The translations under genes and the position numbers were made by a program. The notes under the pieces were generated by a model, which was not told the origin of the DNA, made no database searches, and saw nothing but the letters and a program-made list of their open reading frames with translations. A DNA stretch of 63,924 nucleotides, the filler included, from Octopus bimaculoides (Eukaryota), in NCBI RefSeq assembly GCF_001194135.2. It is 8 parts of 6 records of this genome, joined end to end, with 100 filler letters (N's around TTAATTAATTAA, not from the genome) between each part and the next. Parts side by side here need not be neighbours in the genome. Positions count along the whole stretch, not along the records: positions 61,039 to 63,924 come from NC_068987.1; 7 more parts are not named here. One strand, written 5' to 3'. Positions 62,923 through 63,924 of the stretch are shown in pieces (within the stretch, counting starts at the first letter, position 1; every line of letters begins with the position of its first letter).

Positions 62923-63649
62923 ATTAAAAGCGATGAGGTAGCAGAATCATTAGAGCGTTGGAAAAAAAAGTAATTTGCTGTATATATCCTGGCTGTTTAC
63001 ATTATGAGTTCACATACCACGGGGGATCAACTTTGCCTTTCATCCTTTTGGCGGTTAATAAAAATAAAGTACCGATCTGCCCTCTAATTTGAGGCCTTGC
63101 GCCAGAAACCACTCAAAATCCAGTCGATCAGAGTATTGAGGCAAAACATCTATAGCAATGACAACAACAGCAACAACAACAGCAACAGCATATCAAACGC
63201 GTATAGATTTTTTTAGTACAGCAGCAGTCATGATGCAAAAGTGCTTCGGTCGATTTTGCTAAAAACATTCGTAGACTCCATTGAAAATAAATATCCAGAA
63301 GACCAATATTAAGCCTCATTGAACAAGAATTTCAGAAGGCAAAAAAAAAAGCATTATAACTGCACTTAAATTACCTAACGAACGCCTAAATGAACAAGCT
63401 GTATATATTAATTGAATAACAGCCATTTCGGTTTTATGTCTTTCAGACCAATGAATACGAAACTAAAAAAACTTTTTAAAACATAACTCTGTATTTTCAT
63501 AGCGTTCAGACAATATTGGTTTAAGTTGAGCTAAGTGCATGTTAGTGCATTTATAGTAAATATACGTTCTAATAATTTTTGATGACTGCTGCTTGATAAT
63601 GGTTTTCGCATTTTTTTTTCTATTGTTCTTGCTGTCGCTATGCCTCTTC

Positions 63650-63862
63650 TTTTTCTTCATGTTCTTCTTCTACTTCTACTTCCTCTCCGCCTCCTCCTCC
63701 TTTTTTCTTTTTCTCTCCTCCTCTTCTTTTTTCTTCTCATCCTCCTCCTCTTCATACTCCTCCTTCTTCTTCTTCTTCATCTTCTTCTTCTTCTTCTTCT
63801 TCTTCTTCTTCTTCACCACCACCACATCATCATCATCATCGTCATCGTCGTCGTCATTATCA
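63650..63862. repeat. (CTT/CCT/CAT)n compound microsatellite
   Basis: Seen directly. Confidence 0.92.
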
Positions 63863-63924
63863 TTCCTCTCTGTTCCTTGTTTATCCGCAGGCAAAAAAAC
63901 CTTGTCCACTGGATCAAAAGCGTT

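Overview
This is AT-rich, repeat-dense eukaryotic DNA with many assembly gaps. The SINE, RTE and Penelope families and the microsatellite load suggest an octopus (inferred, not searched). Two host genes are supported. (1) A 5'-partial PATL1/Pat1 mRNA-decapping activator on the + strand: 11 exons at 26699-45325 splice in frame to about 430 aa. (2) An unidentified - strand gene, seen as one 4503-nt phase 0-0 exon (52306-56808). It encodes about 1500 aa of Q/S/N-rich low-complexity sequence with two CtBP-type PLDLS/PLDLT motifs. The rest is transposon material: three tRNA-type SINE families, RTE and CR1-like LINE relics, Penelope-like elements, and hAT, piggyBac, mariner, Tigger and Helitron relics. 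The most interesting leads are RNA-level hypotheses. Several Penelope-type repeats carry hammerhead-ribozyme-shaped folds, each with a different core change. PATL1 introns hold long inverted repeats that could be ADAR substrates, and some of them bracket a 498-nt stop-free exon block that could circularise. The giant exon starts with CAG|GTAACT and could be removed by recursive splicing without a frameshift. No new protein-coding system, CRISPR array or genuine tRNA/rRNA gene was found. Seven TTAATTAATTAA gap linkers mean that adjacency across them is unverified.
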